From the NCBI GenBank assembly GCA_032718475.1, contig JAUCBJ010002158.1, positions 1 through 53,631 of the forward strand: DNA of 53,631 nt, given 5' to 3'. The position numbers and the translations under genes were made by a program. Shown here one piece after another: positions 1 to 12,818 of this stretch (position 1 is the stretch's first letter; each line of letters starts with the position of its first letter). Source of the DNA: Nemertoderma westbladi (lineage: Eukaryota > Animalia > Xenacoelomorpha). The notes beneath the pieces are model-generated. The model made no database searches and was not told the origin of the DNA. It saw nothing but the letters and a program-made list of their open reading frames with translations.

Positions 1-189
1 ATATCTAATATATCATATTAAGGTTCCTATTTTTATAAATCTTATTTTTGTAGTAACAATTACGTAATAGCTAGTATATAATAAAAATTCACTCTGAAAA
101 TTAACTCTGAAAATTTATTCACCCTCTCTTACTCAAAATTCTAGAATTACTCAAAATTCTAGAATCAGCTAAAACATATTTATCCACAG

Positions 190-1062
190 GTGAAACAAAG
201 AAACGACACGAAGCTAACCGTATGCGATGCAGGAAGCAAAGAAGATCACATCAAACTTGTCTCAAAATCAGTCAACGTAATAAATATAACCTCGCAAACA
301 CAACTCGATAACTACAATAAACAACAAAACATCGATTACTACTCCTGTCTTAACCAATCACTAGATTACGCGGCTGAATATGTGATAGTACTAGAGGATG
401 ATGCACTGGCCAAAGATAATATTTTCAATAAACTTGATCACATTCTAGATTTCAAAGTGAACCAAAAGATACGCAGAGGTGACCTTGAGGAAGGGCCGGA
501 GTGGCACCTTATCAAACTCTACTGGCCTACCTACTGGCAAGGATTCGGATTTGACCTGTTCCGAATTAACGAATTGCTCAAATGTACAGCAGTATATACC
601 TTGTTCGCCGTATGCATAACATACATTCTAACACAATACTGGCATATGGACATCCAATGGTTGAGATTTATCGCAAGTGTCTCGATATGTTCCCTAATTA
701 TTACTCTGTTAATGGGAAGACAAAATGCCTACCAGTTTCATTTCGTGGAGAACTTTCTACCACACAATGGATATAGGGTGACCCCTGCTTACGAATGCTG
801 CATACCAGCGGTCCTATACCCGTTACGAATGGTTACCCCTTTAGTAAAACATTTGTTCAACGCGGGTCGTACTGGAGAAAAAGCGGTTGATTTATCAATC
901 GATGACTTTGTTGCTAGGCAACGTCCAATAGGGAAACAGTATGCTGTTATACCCCCTCTATTCTCGCATATCGGTCTTATGAGTTCCAATAGATTTAAAA
1001 ATACCTTAAAGGGTTGGGGGTCATGGCAAACTTATCAAAAATATGGAATTACCGTATGTTAA
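190..1062 (+). CDS. PGAP4: Terminal coding exon of a PGAP4/TMEM246-like GPI-GalNAc transferase (N-terminal part lies outside the window)
   Basis: Motifs YVIVLEDDA (DxD-like), KLYWPTYWQGF, two hydrophobic segments inserted in the catalytic fold, CCIPAVLYP and PPLFSHIGLMSS match my recollection of the TMEM246/PGAP4 family. The frame begins right after a 3' splice-site-like tatccacag (AG at 188-189), so the GTG is probably not a true start. Stop TAA at 1060-1062. Confidence 0.75.
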   Translation: MKQRNDTKLTVCDAGSKEDHIKLVSKSVNVINITSQTQLDNYNKQQNIDYYSCLNQSLDYAAEYVIVLEDDALAKDNIFNKLDHILDFKVNQKIRRGDLEEGPEWHLIKLYWPTYWQGFGFDLFRINELLKCTAVYTLFAVCITYILTQYWHMDIQWLRFIASVSICSLIITLLMGRQNAYQFHFVENFLPHNGYRVTPAYECCIPAVLYPLRMVTPLVKHLFNAGRTGEKAVDLSIDDFVARQRPIGKQYAVIPPLFSHIGLMSSNRFKNTLKGWGSWQTYQKYGITVC

Positions 1063-1557
1063 TGATGTTACAAAATTACATATTAGTATTATTTTGTATT
1101 TCTAACAAAAGCTACTGTATATTGTATTTCGCCTTTCAAATAATAACAACCAATCATTTATAGTAGTTTTATGGCATAAAATACAAAATACAATGTTCAT
1201 TTAACAAACAGGTTATTGTACTATTTAGCTTGTGACCGAGAATTGCCCAAACCCAGCACCACCCTACAGGAACGACAATAAGACTTGCCGGTGATTGTCA
1301 TCGTAGAATTGAACAGACCCTACTGTACACTGCGGCTACTGTGTACAGTAAGTGCATTGCCTAGAAAAGGGCACAAACAGTAGTGCACATATACAGTACT
1401 GTAAACTTGGGATTGAACCTGCGCCGCCAGCAGGATCTTGGATTAGGTGATCTAAAGCCAGAAGAATAATGGTATGCATTAAAATAATCTATGGGAGGTT
1501 AAAAGGATGGGAGGGGTTAAAAAACACCTTCTAGTCTGTACTGTTGCTTAAGGGCAA

Positions 1558-1592
<35 letters not shown>

Positions 1593-1779
1593 GGGCTAAT
1601 TAACTAAAAACTTTCGTCCCCTTATTTAGGAGACTTCGATTTAGGGGCCTACCCAAATTTATTGACACATTTTTCGAAATTATTAATTTCTACTGGTGAC
1701 CAAAATTTCATCATTTGTGCACAATGATATCGTGAATCGATCCTATTACCAGAATTTTGATAAGTGCTTATGTTTAAAA

Positions 1780-1922
1780 ATGGAGTCCGGACAATTGCGA
1801 CCCGGACACAATTGCGACCCGGGCAATAGCGACCCATGTTTTTAAATAAAAATTATGGGTCGCAATTGTCCGGGTCGCAATTGTCCGGGTCGCAATTGCC
1901 CAGGTCGCAATTGTCCTAACAT
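1780..1922. repeat. Small element with an array of CAATTGCGACCC units facing an inverted array of GGGTCGCAATTG units
   Basis: Three direct units at about 1790-1835 and four inverted units at about 1857-1915, separated by an AT-rich spacer. No clear TSD. Confidence 0.6.
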
Positions 1923-2535
1923 CTTTAAAAATTAATTTAATAAAAAACCCATTTTTTTGCCAAATTTTTACAGATTTTGCCATTTTTGACCAAAAATTCA
2001 CACATTTGGTTAAATATTTCTGCTACAACAATGAAAATCAAAAAAGTTGTCATAGGAGGTGTTAAGCAGCACCCAGTCATAATTTGTGCTAAATTTCACA
2101 CAAATTCGTTCATTTTTAGAAAATCGTTTGCATTTTGAAATTTAAAATTTGCATTCTTCAGAAAACGCATTTAAAGTTTACAGCAACGGTAATTACTGTA
2201 TGTCCATTGAAATGCTAGAATGCACACAACCCAGATGAAAATTTTGTTGCTGGGGTTTTCCAGGTCGGCGATTTCATTTCTAAACTCAGTTTACTCATTG
2301 AACAGAGTCATGTCTGTCTGTCATTGCTGTCGGTCTGTCCTACAGCTGAACCTACAGCTGAACCTACAGCTGAACCTACAGCTGAACAGACAAACAGATT
2401 GATGACATCAAATATGAAAACTGACATCGGAAATGAAATCACCAACCATGAAACCCCATAACAAAATAACACAGATCGCTGCACAGACAGAAAAATCGGT
2501 TTAACTCACTCATCCGTTATTGTTGTTGTTTTATC

Positions 2536-2750
2536 TATTCTGGGACTTCCAGCAGCACGTGAATAAATAAACCAGCACGTTAACTAGTCTGGGGCTTCGA
2601 GCAGCACGTGAAAAACTAAGCTACTGGTTAACTAGTCTGGGGATTCGAGCAGCACGTGAACAACTAAGCTGACTGGTTAACTAGTCTGGGGGTTCGAGCA
2701 GCACGTGAACAACTAAGCTGACTGGTTACCTAGACTGGGACTTCGACCGT
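2536..2750. repeat. Degenerate tandem repeat, unit about 48-49 bp (TCGAGCAGCACGTGAACAACTAAGCTGACTGGTTAACTAGTCTGGG)
   Basis: About four copies visible by eye. Confidence 0.75.
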
Positions 2751-3210
2751 TCGAGCAAAATTGAAAATTGAGGGGGGGGGGGGGGGGGGGGGGATTTGGC
2801 TTAACTTCTATCCCAGTAAAATGTAAAGAACATTTATTATTTGCTTGTATCAGTTATAATTACATCAGAACATTATAATTATAACAATTATATACACTTA
2901 TACCTAGTATATTAATAGTAGATTTTAAGTAGATAGATGATAGATAGGCGCTGTGAATTGATATATTTTTGGGGGTTAATTCTAATTACAGAATTATAAT
3001 ATATTCATTACCATTACAAACTGTACACAGTGTGCTGCAGTATGTACGTGGGTACGTACTTAAAGGTCAAGGAGCTAGAGCTGTAGACTTCATAATGTAA
3101 ACTTCAGGCCTACAGACATATTATCTTATTTAGGTCTACTAAGAAATATTGCGTAGTGTAATTCATAAGAATTATATACAGCTGTACAGCAGAGAATTGA
3201 TAGTAAAATA

Positions 3211-5066
3211 CAGTCGGGGTCTCAAAGTGCATCTGTTCTTTGAGATTTTCTCAAAGTTTTTCTAAAAGTGTCTAAAAGTCATTACATTACTCCCAACGGC
3301 CGCTTTGAATTCTTGTAGACACTTTTAGTTGGGAATCTCAAAGTGATTTCCTGCTTTTAGGCACTTTGAATTCTTTGAATTCTTTGAGAAATTTCACTTT
3401 GAGGTAGTTTGCGGCACTTTTAATTCTTTGAGAAAATAAACTCCGAGGTATTCCTGATTGACAGCTCGTGGTAAGTTAACTGAGAGGCAGAGGCATTCTC
3501 GGGGAACAATATTATGCGGGCAACAAAGTGATACTTGTGTGCTGGCCAGTTGTTGCATAGAAGCTATATTCCCATTAATTTATCAAATTGAGGTTCCTGA
3601 GGTCATATATAATATAATATTAACAATTGATATAAGAGAAACTGCACTGCAGTTTCTCTGTGTATACGCAGTTTCATTATAATGACTTAAAGAAGCTGTT
3701 GGGAGAAAGCTTGTAATAACATTTGTTATTCATTTCATTAGTCACCTCAGGTCAAACCGTACTACCTTAACTGTTTAATTAATATGATAACTATGTTGAC
3801 GAGAGCGCGAGAATTCCTTCTTAAAAACTAAGAAAGGCTTTCGAATTTCAAGTACGATAGAACGGCTATAATCTTGTGTTGTTTTAGCTTAATAGAGATA
3901 TTAAAATATCCCCTGCCGCTGGCGTTTATATTTGAGCATATTTTAAATGTTTGCCTCATATTCAATTGATGTGTACCGCCTTCTGGCCAAGCGGCACCCA
4001 GTTTAAACTATCAATCACAGCTAGTGAGTAGCGACCCACCGACGGCGACCTTCAAACAAACAGGTGCAGAGCCGGAAAGAACTGTCACATGCTTTGCTTG
4101 GTGTACCATTTGATTACATAATAGATTTTGGCAGACTGGGCGGTCGCTCTGACCATATGCTTTGCGCACCAACAATGCCTAAAACATCTATGGGAACAGC
4201 CAATTAGTGCGCTTGAATCATTTATCTTTATTCCTGCCTCTATCGTTATTCTTTACTTTGTATAACACAATTTACAGTGCGGCAAAGTATGGCTGGTTGA
4301 CCATTGAAATGCATTGGTAAAGGTATTCGGCGTTCACGTGGGCTAAACAAATTTAAACAGTACAGTTTTTGCACTATATATTAAAATAGACAGGGCAGGG
4401 CAACAGACAAACTGTCTATGACACAAATACCAACACATTCCGATAGCCCGCAATTATGGCGTCTCTAAAGAGTCCAAATATAAATTAATAAAATCATCTA
4501 TGAAACAATAAAAATACCTACAAAAAATACTGCTGTATTAAATATTAGTTACTGCAGTAACATATAACAATTACTGCAGTAACAAATATTTATTACTGCA
4601 GTAATAAATACTTATTACTGCAATAATCAATATTAATAAATCAATAAATAATTGAATAAAAATTTATACTGCAGTAATCAATATCAATAAATAATTGAAT
4701 ACAAATTTATACTGCAGTAACAAATTATTTGTACTGCAGAAAAAGACAATTTTTTATTACTGCAGTAAGTTTAATTCTTACTTTCAGTAACAAATATTTA
4801 TTACTGCAGTATTTTTTGGAGGCATCTTTATTGTTTCATATAGGTTTTTATTACTTATATTTTACCCTATAGTCAAAGTCAATATACCCCATACCATAGC
4901 CAGCTTCAGGCAGGACTGTATGAAATGACTGACAGTACTACTTTGAAATCTTTGAAATCTTTGAGGAAACACTTTGTCATTTTCTTGGACCACTTTTAGA
5001 AATTTGAGACACTTTTAGTTCTTTGATAAAATCTCAAAGAACAGATGCACTTTGAGACCCCGACTG
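3211..5066. mobile_element. Non-autonomous Tc1/mariner-type TIR element
   Basis: TIRs CAGTCGGGGTCTCAAAGTGCATCTGTTCTTTGAGATTTT and its reverse complement ending at 5066. TA on both sides (3209-3210, 5067-5068). No transposase ORF. Internal TTACTGCAGTAA repeat array at about 4549-4812. Confidence 0.85.
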
Positions 5067-5602
5067 TATATCGCAGGTAGGCCTACTGTAATAACAATAG
5101 GTGTATAATGCCTCTGCCTATACTGCTATATTTGTCTATGACATATAATATGATAAAATATTATTATGAATGAACATTCTTACTCTTAGTAACTCGTGAC
5201 AAAATACAATCTGACAATGCGCTACTAACTCAGAAACTGTAATCCTAAATGCGGAACTTAAACCGAAACAGGGAATAGTACAATGTGGACTTTGTAGTGA
5301 CACATTTGGCAGTCAGTGCGATATAATTTCAATTTCTCATGTACAAGCAAATCACGGTATTGCATGTTCAGTACAAGCGGTAATTCGGTTATTCAACTGT
5401 TCAACAATTAACAAACGGCTACTCAACGTCCATTTTTAGTTATTAGCGTGACGGTAATACAAATTACGCAAAGTGAACCTTTACTACATTCACAATTTTC
5501 TATTCATTCACGAAATATAACGAAAATTGAACGTTCATTTAATCCATGGTACGTTCAGTTCAGCAGTTAATTATATTTGCTACCTGGGTTACTCTATTCA
5601 TA

Positions 5603-5907
5603 TATTCAATGTTAAAACAGATTTGAATTTACCGCCAAAATATAGGTGGCAGATCTGATCTGCCACCCTTTCCAGTACAAATTGCATGTCTTTCAATCAT
5701 TTAAATTTCCCGCGCTATGGAGCAGGGTGGCACCTTTTAGGGACTTGTCTCTATTAATGTATTCAATGTTAAAACAGATTTGAATTTACCGCCAATATAT
5801 AGGTGGCAGATCTGATCTGCCACCCTTTCCAGTACAAATAACATGTCTTTGAATCATTTGAATTTCCCGCGCTATGGAGCAGGGTGGCACCTTTTAGGGA
5901 CTTGTCT
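5603..5907. repeat. Two-copy tandem duplication, period about 157 bp
   Basis: The block TATTCAATGTTAAAACAGATTTG...GGCACCTTTTAGGGACTTGTCT occurs twice with few differences. Confidence 0.8.
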
Positions 5908-7035
5908 TATTACAGTACAGCAGTATTATACTTTGTAATGTAGGGCAGTAGGGAAGGGCCTGTAATGCTGTACAGCTGCAAGCTGTAGCCTGTAGGCCTA
6001 GGCTGGCGGTGGAGGCTATTCCAGTATTCAGCTATTGGTGTATTGCAGAACTGGCGACTGTGTGTGTTCCAGTGTTCGTGTGTTTAAATTTACAGTACAG
6101 CAGTACCGGTTCACGGTTACTGGGCTGCTGGGTCTGTGGGTTAGGACAGTAGGAGTAGGACTACACTACACAGTCAGGCTGCCCGGGCCCGCTGCCGGCT
6201 CAAGACTCTGGAACAATGGTAATTCGTCCAATTTAATTTACATTACACCCAGAATGTATCCGCGGAAAACAGGTAAACGCTCTCCAGCTCTCAGCAGAGT
6301 GAAATTTCTCAATAGAAAACAATGCTAAATTTCATTTGAAATCTGGCAGTGACATTTTCAATTTTTATAGACCTAGGGCCTATCAGCCTATTGGCATTCT
6401 AAAAATTACTGAATTATGCCATTAGAATAGAATAGAGTCGCCATAAAATTCCGCATAAATTTACTTGAGAATTAGAATCTCACTGTCACACTGTGTGCTG
6501 TGCACTGCTGCACTGTTCTGCTGTTGGGATAACTACCGTCAGCCTTCAGACCGTAGGCCTATCTTTAATATTACAGTATTAAAAATGAAAATCGGTCACA
6601 TTATCAGATTATGTCCGAAAACGTGAATTACATCGTCAATCAGTCAATGTGTCCTGTCCTGTCTGCCTGTTACAATTTTTAGCTGAGCTCCAGCCAGCCA
6701 GCTGCCAGCCAGACTGCCAACCAAAGTAACCAGCAGACTGGCAGACCAGTCAGCCAGTGCTGCAGTGCAGCAGTATTCCTAACATCTGTACCGGTACTTT
6801 GTCGCGGTCGGTACCGGTAGCGGTACTACAGTACTATGTCCAGGGATGTTAAAAGAACAATTTTTTAAAAACTGAATTGTTCTTTGATATAAAAGAACAC
6901 AAAAGAACATTAAAAGACCATAAAAGAACATAAAAGAACATTTATATTGTATTTAGTATCAAGTGTTAGCTAAATATAATTGATTCTTATAATGCGGTGT
7001 ATTACATAAACAGGTTATGAGTTACCGGTAAACAA

Positions 7036-7235
7036 GCCCACGTACAGTATGGGGCATTCCTCACTCAGTCACTCCTATTCAACCCTTGTCTAATGGAACA
7101 AAATAAGCCCACGTAGAGTATGGGGCGTTCCTCACCCGCATCCAACCCTTGTCTAATGAAACAAAATAAGCCCACGTAGAGTATGGCCCTATGGGGCATT
7201 CCTCATTCACACCCAATCCTTGTCGTCTAATGAAA
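7036..7235. repeat. Three-copy degenerate tandem repeat, about 65 bp
   Basis: AAGCCCACGTAGAGTATGGGGCATTCCTCA...CTTGTCTAATG repeated. Confidence 0.7.
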
Positions 7236-7302
7236 TAAAATAAATAAACCCCTGTTGTTTATTGTTCATAAATTCAACCTAACTGGGTGTATTAATTACT
7301 AT

Positions 7303-10257
7303 AGGGTCATTCCATGCTAATTCGACCAATTGGTGTGGCAAGGGTCGGAAATTTTTGACGAAATTTTAACCACTTATCAATTCTAGTGAAAAAACGATGT
7401 GGTGAAAATTTCAGCCGATTTGGTTTAGCCGTTCTCGAAATATTGATGTTTTAAATTTGGCGAAATTCCAAAAACCAGTGAAGTACATTATTTGAAGTGG
7501 TGTCTACAGTTGATCTGATTATCAGTTTAATGTCAATTGTATGTGATTCTAAATAAACGATGCCTGAACTTCAATATTTTTAATACTAAATGAATAAACT
7601 ATTAATCAGAAAGTTGTCAGACGATTTCAAATTTGCCTCAAAAATGCGAATTTTTGAAAAATCTCCACATTTGAGCCCTCAGTACATTAGTCTGACAACT
7701 AGTTTATCTGTTATTTTAGTTTTACCGGTTAGAGTGACTCATAATGATTCGAATCATATAACTTTAGTAGTTAAACTGATAATCAGATAGTCTGTATGAC
7801 TGAATATCTGAGTGAAGAATCTGAAAAATGTCAAAAAATGCAATATTGGAGGCTCTGATGGAAAGCTCTGATTATAGCTATGTTTACGAGCTGTTTTACC
7901 TGACATCTTTGACACAAAATGAGGGCCATGTCAAAATTTGAAGAGTAAACTAGATGTTCTAGAGCAAGCGTGTATGACTCATTTTAAAATTCTAATAAAT
8001 TAAAATTTTAAATGGTCCTCAAGGTGGTCTGACAATTAGTTTTTTTGATAAAAATACATTTTTTCAAACGATATCAGGGCAGAAGACTATATTTCAAAAT
8101 TTAAAGCAAAAACTAACAGTCAGACCCATTATCTGACCTACTATTGAATTATTTCGAGTAAGTATCTGATCACGTGCTGCTCGAATTCTCGCTCGCTCGA
8201 TATAAATCTATTTTATATAAGTATAACAACCAGTATAACAATACATTAATTCGAAATATAAATCAAAACAGCCAGACAAACAAAATATAATTCGTTTTTG
8301 ATGTTAAGTAATAGTAGGCCAAATAATAATTAAAATTAATTAAATTAATATTTGGTAAACGGATAGATTTTTCAAACGATGTAATAATGACAAAAATACT
8401 TCGTAATATAAAGCAACAACAGCCAGACACATATATTATTAGTTCGGATTAGTATAAGAAATTAATTAGGCCCCTAGTATAAAAATCACAGCTGCTCATT
8501 GGCCGAGAGCCGAATGCGTGTATGACGAGGCCTACTCTACTATGCCAAGTTAAGTGGGGTATCACAATAAAAAAATATTAAATTCGAATAGTACAGTACA
8601 TATAAATTTATCCGAACAGTATAAGGCCTTAATGAACTAAACAATTCTCTAGTGTGACCTTCATTTATGAAATGATCAACAGTACTGGTATATAAATGAT
8701 ATACGGTAATTAATATGGTGATAATTTACTTAACTACTCTTAAGCTGAACTAGTTTTATTGTTATATTTTGAAAATTGTAATTTTTTATGTATTAATTAC
8801 CATATATCATTGAAAAATATATGTACATGTTACAAAAACTATCAGTATTGTTGTGCAATAACCGACCAAAATTTATATACCAGTACTGTTGATCAGTTCA
8901 TAAATGAAGGTCACACTAGAGAATTGTGTAGTTCATTAAGGCCTTATACTGTTCGGATTTAATATTTTTTTATTGTGATACCCCACTTAACTTAGCATAG
9001 TAGAGTAGGCCTCGTCATACAGGCATTCGGCTCTGGGCCAATGAGCGAGCAGCTGTTTTTTTTATACTAGGGGCCTAATTAATATCTTATACTAATCCGA
9101 AGTAATAATATATGTGTCTGGCTGTTGTTGTTTTATATTACGAAGTATTTTTGTCATTATTACATCGTTTGAAAAATGTATCCGTTTACCAAAACTTGCC
9201 GTATTGCGGCATTTTTAATTAATTTTAATTATTATTTGGCCTACTATTACTTAACATAAAAAACGAATTATATTTTGTTTGTCTGGCTGTTTTGATTTAT
9301 AATTCGAATTAATGTATTGTTATACTGTTATATTGTAATAGTAGTTGGATAAAATAGATTTATATCGAGCGAGCGAGAATTCGAGCAGCACGTGATCAGA
9401 TACTTACTCGAAATAATTCAATAGTAGGTCAGATAATGGGTCTGACTGTTAGTTTTTGCTTTAAATTTTGAAATATAGTCTTCTGCCCAGATATCGTTTG
9501 AAAAAATGTATTTTTATCAAAAAACTAATTGTCAGACTACCTTGGGGACCATTTAAAATTTTAATTTATTATAATTTTAAAATGAGTCATACACGCTCTA
9601 GAATATCTAGTTTACTCTTCAAATTTTGACATGGCGCTCATTTTGTGTCAAAGATGTCAGGTAAAAAAGCTCATGAACATAGCTATAATCAGAGCTCTCC
9701 ACCAGAGCCTCCAATATTGCATTTTTTGACATTTTTCAGATTCTTCACCCAGATATTCAGTCATACAGACTATCTGATAATCAGTTTACCTACTAAAGTT
9801 ATATAATTCGAATCATTATGAGTCACTCTAACCGGGAAAACTAAAATAACAGATAAACTAGTTGTCAGACTAATGTACTGAGGTCTCAAATGTGGACATT
9901 TTTCAAAAATTCGCATTTTTGAGGCAAATTTGAAATCGTCTGACAACTTTCTGATTAATAGTTTATTCATTTAGTAATAAAAATATTGAAGTTCAGGCAT
10001 CGTTTATTTAGAATCACATACAATTAACATTAAACTGATAATCAGATCAACTGCAGACACCACTTCAAATAATGTACTTCACTGGTTTTTGGAATTTCGC
10101 CAAATTTAAAACATCAATATTTCGAGAACGGCTAAACCAAATCGGCTGAAATTTTCACCACATCGTTTTTTCACTAGAATTGATATGTGGTTAAAATTTC
10201 GTCAAAAATTTCCGACCCTTGCCACACCGATTGGTCGAATTAGCATGGAATGACCCT
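7303..10257. mobile_element. About 2.95-kb foldback (long-TIR) non-autonomous DNA transposon
   Basis: Arms at about 7303-8698 and 8871-10257 are near-perfect reverse complements, with termini (A)GGGTCATTCCATGCTAATTCGACC. The spacer is about 170 bp. Mirrored spurious ORFs 7590-7790(+) and 9770-9970(-) confirm the symmetry. TSD not resolved. Confidence 0.85.
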
Positions 10258-12080
10258 GCACCAGGTGTCTGCACCACTGTCTGCACCAGTGTCCGCACCA
10301 CTGTCTGCACCAGTGTCTGCACCACTGTATGCACCAAGTGTCTGCACCAGTGTCTGCACCAGGTGTCTGCATCACTATCTGCACCACTGTCTGCACCAGT
10401 GTCTGCACCAGTGTCTGCACCACTGTCTGCACCACATGCACTAGGTGTCTGCACCAGTGTCCGCACCAGTGTCTGCACCAATGTCTGCACCAGTGTCTGC
10501 ACCACTGTCTGCACCAGTGTCTGCACCACTGTCTGCACCAGTGTCTGCACCACTGTCTGCACCAGTGTCTGCACCACTGTCTGCACCAGTGTCCGCACCA
10601 CTGTCTGCACCAGTGTCTGCACCAATGTGTGCACCAGTGTCTGCACCACTGTCTGCACCAATGTCTGCACCAGTGTCTGCACCACTGTCTGCACCACTGT
10701 CTGCACCAGTGTCTGCACCACTGTCTGCACCAGGTGTCTGCACCACTGTCTGCACCAGGTGTCTGCACCAGTGTCTGCACCAGTGTCCGCACCACTGTCT
10801 GGACCAGTGTCTGCACCACTGTCTGCAACAGGTGTCTGCACCACTGTCTGCACCAGTGTCCGCACAACTGTCTGCACCAGTGTCTGCACCAGTGTCCGCA
10901 CCACTGTCTGCACCAGGCAGCCAGGTGTCTGCACCACTGTCTGTACCACTGCCTGCACCAGTGTCTGCACCAGGTGTCTGCACCACTGTCTGCACCAGTG
11001 TCTGCACCACTGTCTGCACTAGGTGTCTGCACCACTGTCTGCACCAGTGTCTGCACCACTGTCTGCACCAAAGTCTGCACCAGTGTCTGCACCACTGTCT
11101 GCACCAGGTGTCTGCACCACTGTCCGCACCACTGTCTGCACCAGTGTCCGCACCAATGTCTGCACCAATGTCTGCACCAGTGTCTGCACCAGTGTCTGCA
11201 CCACTGTCTGCACCAAAGTCTGCACCAGTGTCTGCACCACTGTCTGCACCAGTGTCCGCACCACTGTCTGCACCAGTGTCTGCACCAATGTCTGCACCAG
11301 TGTCTGCACCAGTGTCTGCACCAAAGTCTGCACCAGTGTCTGCACCACTGTCTGCACCAGGTGTCTGCACCACTGTCTGTACCAGTGTCTGCACCTATGT
11401 CTGCACCACTGTCTGCACCATTGTCTGCACCAGTGTCTGCACCAGTGTCTGCACCACTGTCTGCCTGCACCAATGTCTGCACCAGTGTCTGCACCACTGT
11501 CTGCACCACGTCTGCACCAGTGTCTGCACCAGTGTCTGCACCAGTGTCTGCACCAGGTGTCTGCACCACTGTCTGCACCAGTGTCCGCACCAGTGTCTGC
11601 ACCACTGTCCACTGTCTGCACCACTGTCTGCACCAAAGTCTGCACCAGTGTCTCCACCACTGTCTGCACCAGGCCAGGTGTCTGCACCACTGTCTGCACC
11701 AGTGTCCGCACCACTGTCTGCACCAGGTGTCTGCACCACTGTCTGCACCAGTGTCCGCACCAGTGTCCGCACCACTGTCTGCACCAGTGTCCGCACCACT
11801 GTCTGCACCACTGTCTGCACCAGGCAGCCAGGTGTCTGCACCACTGTCTGTACCACTGTCTGACTGGTGCTCCACCACTGTCTGCACCAGGCCAGGTGTC
11901 TGCACCACTGTCTGCACCAGTGTCCGCACCACTGTCTGCACCAGGTGTCTGCACCACTGTCTGCACCAGTGTCCGCACCAGTGTCCGCACCACTGTCTGC
12001 ACCAGTGTCCGCACCACTGTCTGCACCACTGTCTGCACCAGGCAGCCAGGTGTCTGCACCACTGTCTGTACCACTGTCTG
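10257..12080. repeat. Minisatellite of 12-bp units TGTCTGCACCA(C/G), about 1.8 kb
   Basis: Continuous array with 13-bp (CCAGG) variants and local higher-order duplications. It accounts for all the low-complexity ORFs between 10191 and 12188. Confidence 0.95.
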
Positions 12081-12818
12081 ACTGTCTGCTCTGCACCAGT
12101 CAGCCAGTGCCTGCTTAACGTTTACACCCCAAAATTAATTAGTACAACGATGGACAGATTGATTAGTCTTACTGTCTTCTGGTCTTAGCTCAATCAGTCA
12201 ATGTAATACTTGGAATATTTAGCAAAGTTTGCTCCGGGCTTCTGCAGTATCAATCAGTCAATTGCAGAAGCCGAACCGAACCGAAATTGCCAAACTTCGG
12301 CCCGAACCGAAGCCGAAGCTTCTGTTGAGCCCTAGTTATAGTATAGTCTATAGGGTGGCGTGGCCTACAGCCTAACCCCACACTTATGTTCTCATCATTA
12401 CATGTCAATTTTGACATGTATGTCAATTTTAACATGAGAAAAACTTTAAGTATTTGTATTAACTAAACGGCATGGTGAAAAAAATTTCCGCACGGTCAAT
12501 AGTTTCTAATTTACTTATAATTTCCATTTTTATATTTAAAAAACACGTCTGGAAATATTTGAACACGTCAGGTAAAAAAATGTCAATATTGACATGTCCA
12601 TGTCAATTTTGACATGCCCCATCCTGCAGTCAGTGATCTATGCCAAAATTGGCAGTTTTCAAAAATGGAAGTTTTTATTCCAATTTCGGCATTAATTCCA
12701 AAATTGGAACTAGTACTGATAGGCACCAGTCAGCCAGTTATTAGAATAATAATGTATTTTGACAGTTTGAACTAATCTATTTTCATGCAAATTCATTACC
12801 CTATAATGCATTATATTT

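Noticed and set aside
1558-2793. Poly-G runs (1558-1590 and 2772-2793)
   Set aside because: Such runs are common in invertebrate genomes and their lengths are unreliable in assemblies. No further support for a function.
6841-6945. hAT-like left end CAGGGATG with AAAGAAC repeats
   Set aside because: No matching right TIR or TSD was found, so the element cannot be delimited.
10191-12188. Long ORFs in all six frames (up to 619 aa)
   Set aside because: Artefacts of a nearly stop-free 12-bp minisatellite. It is also not a CRISPR array, since there are no unique spacers.
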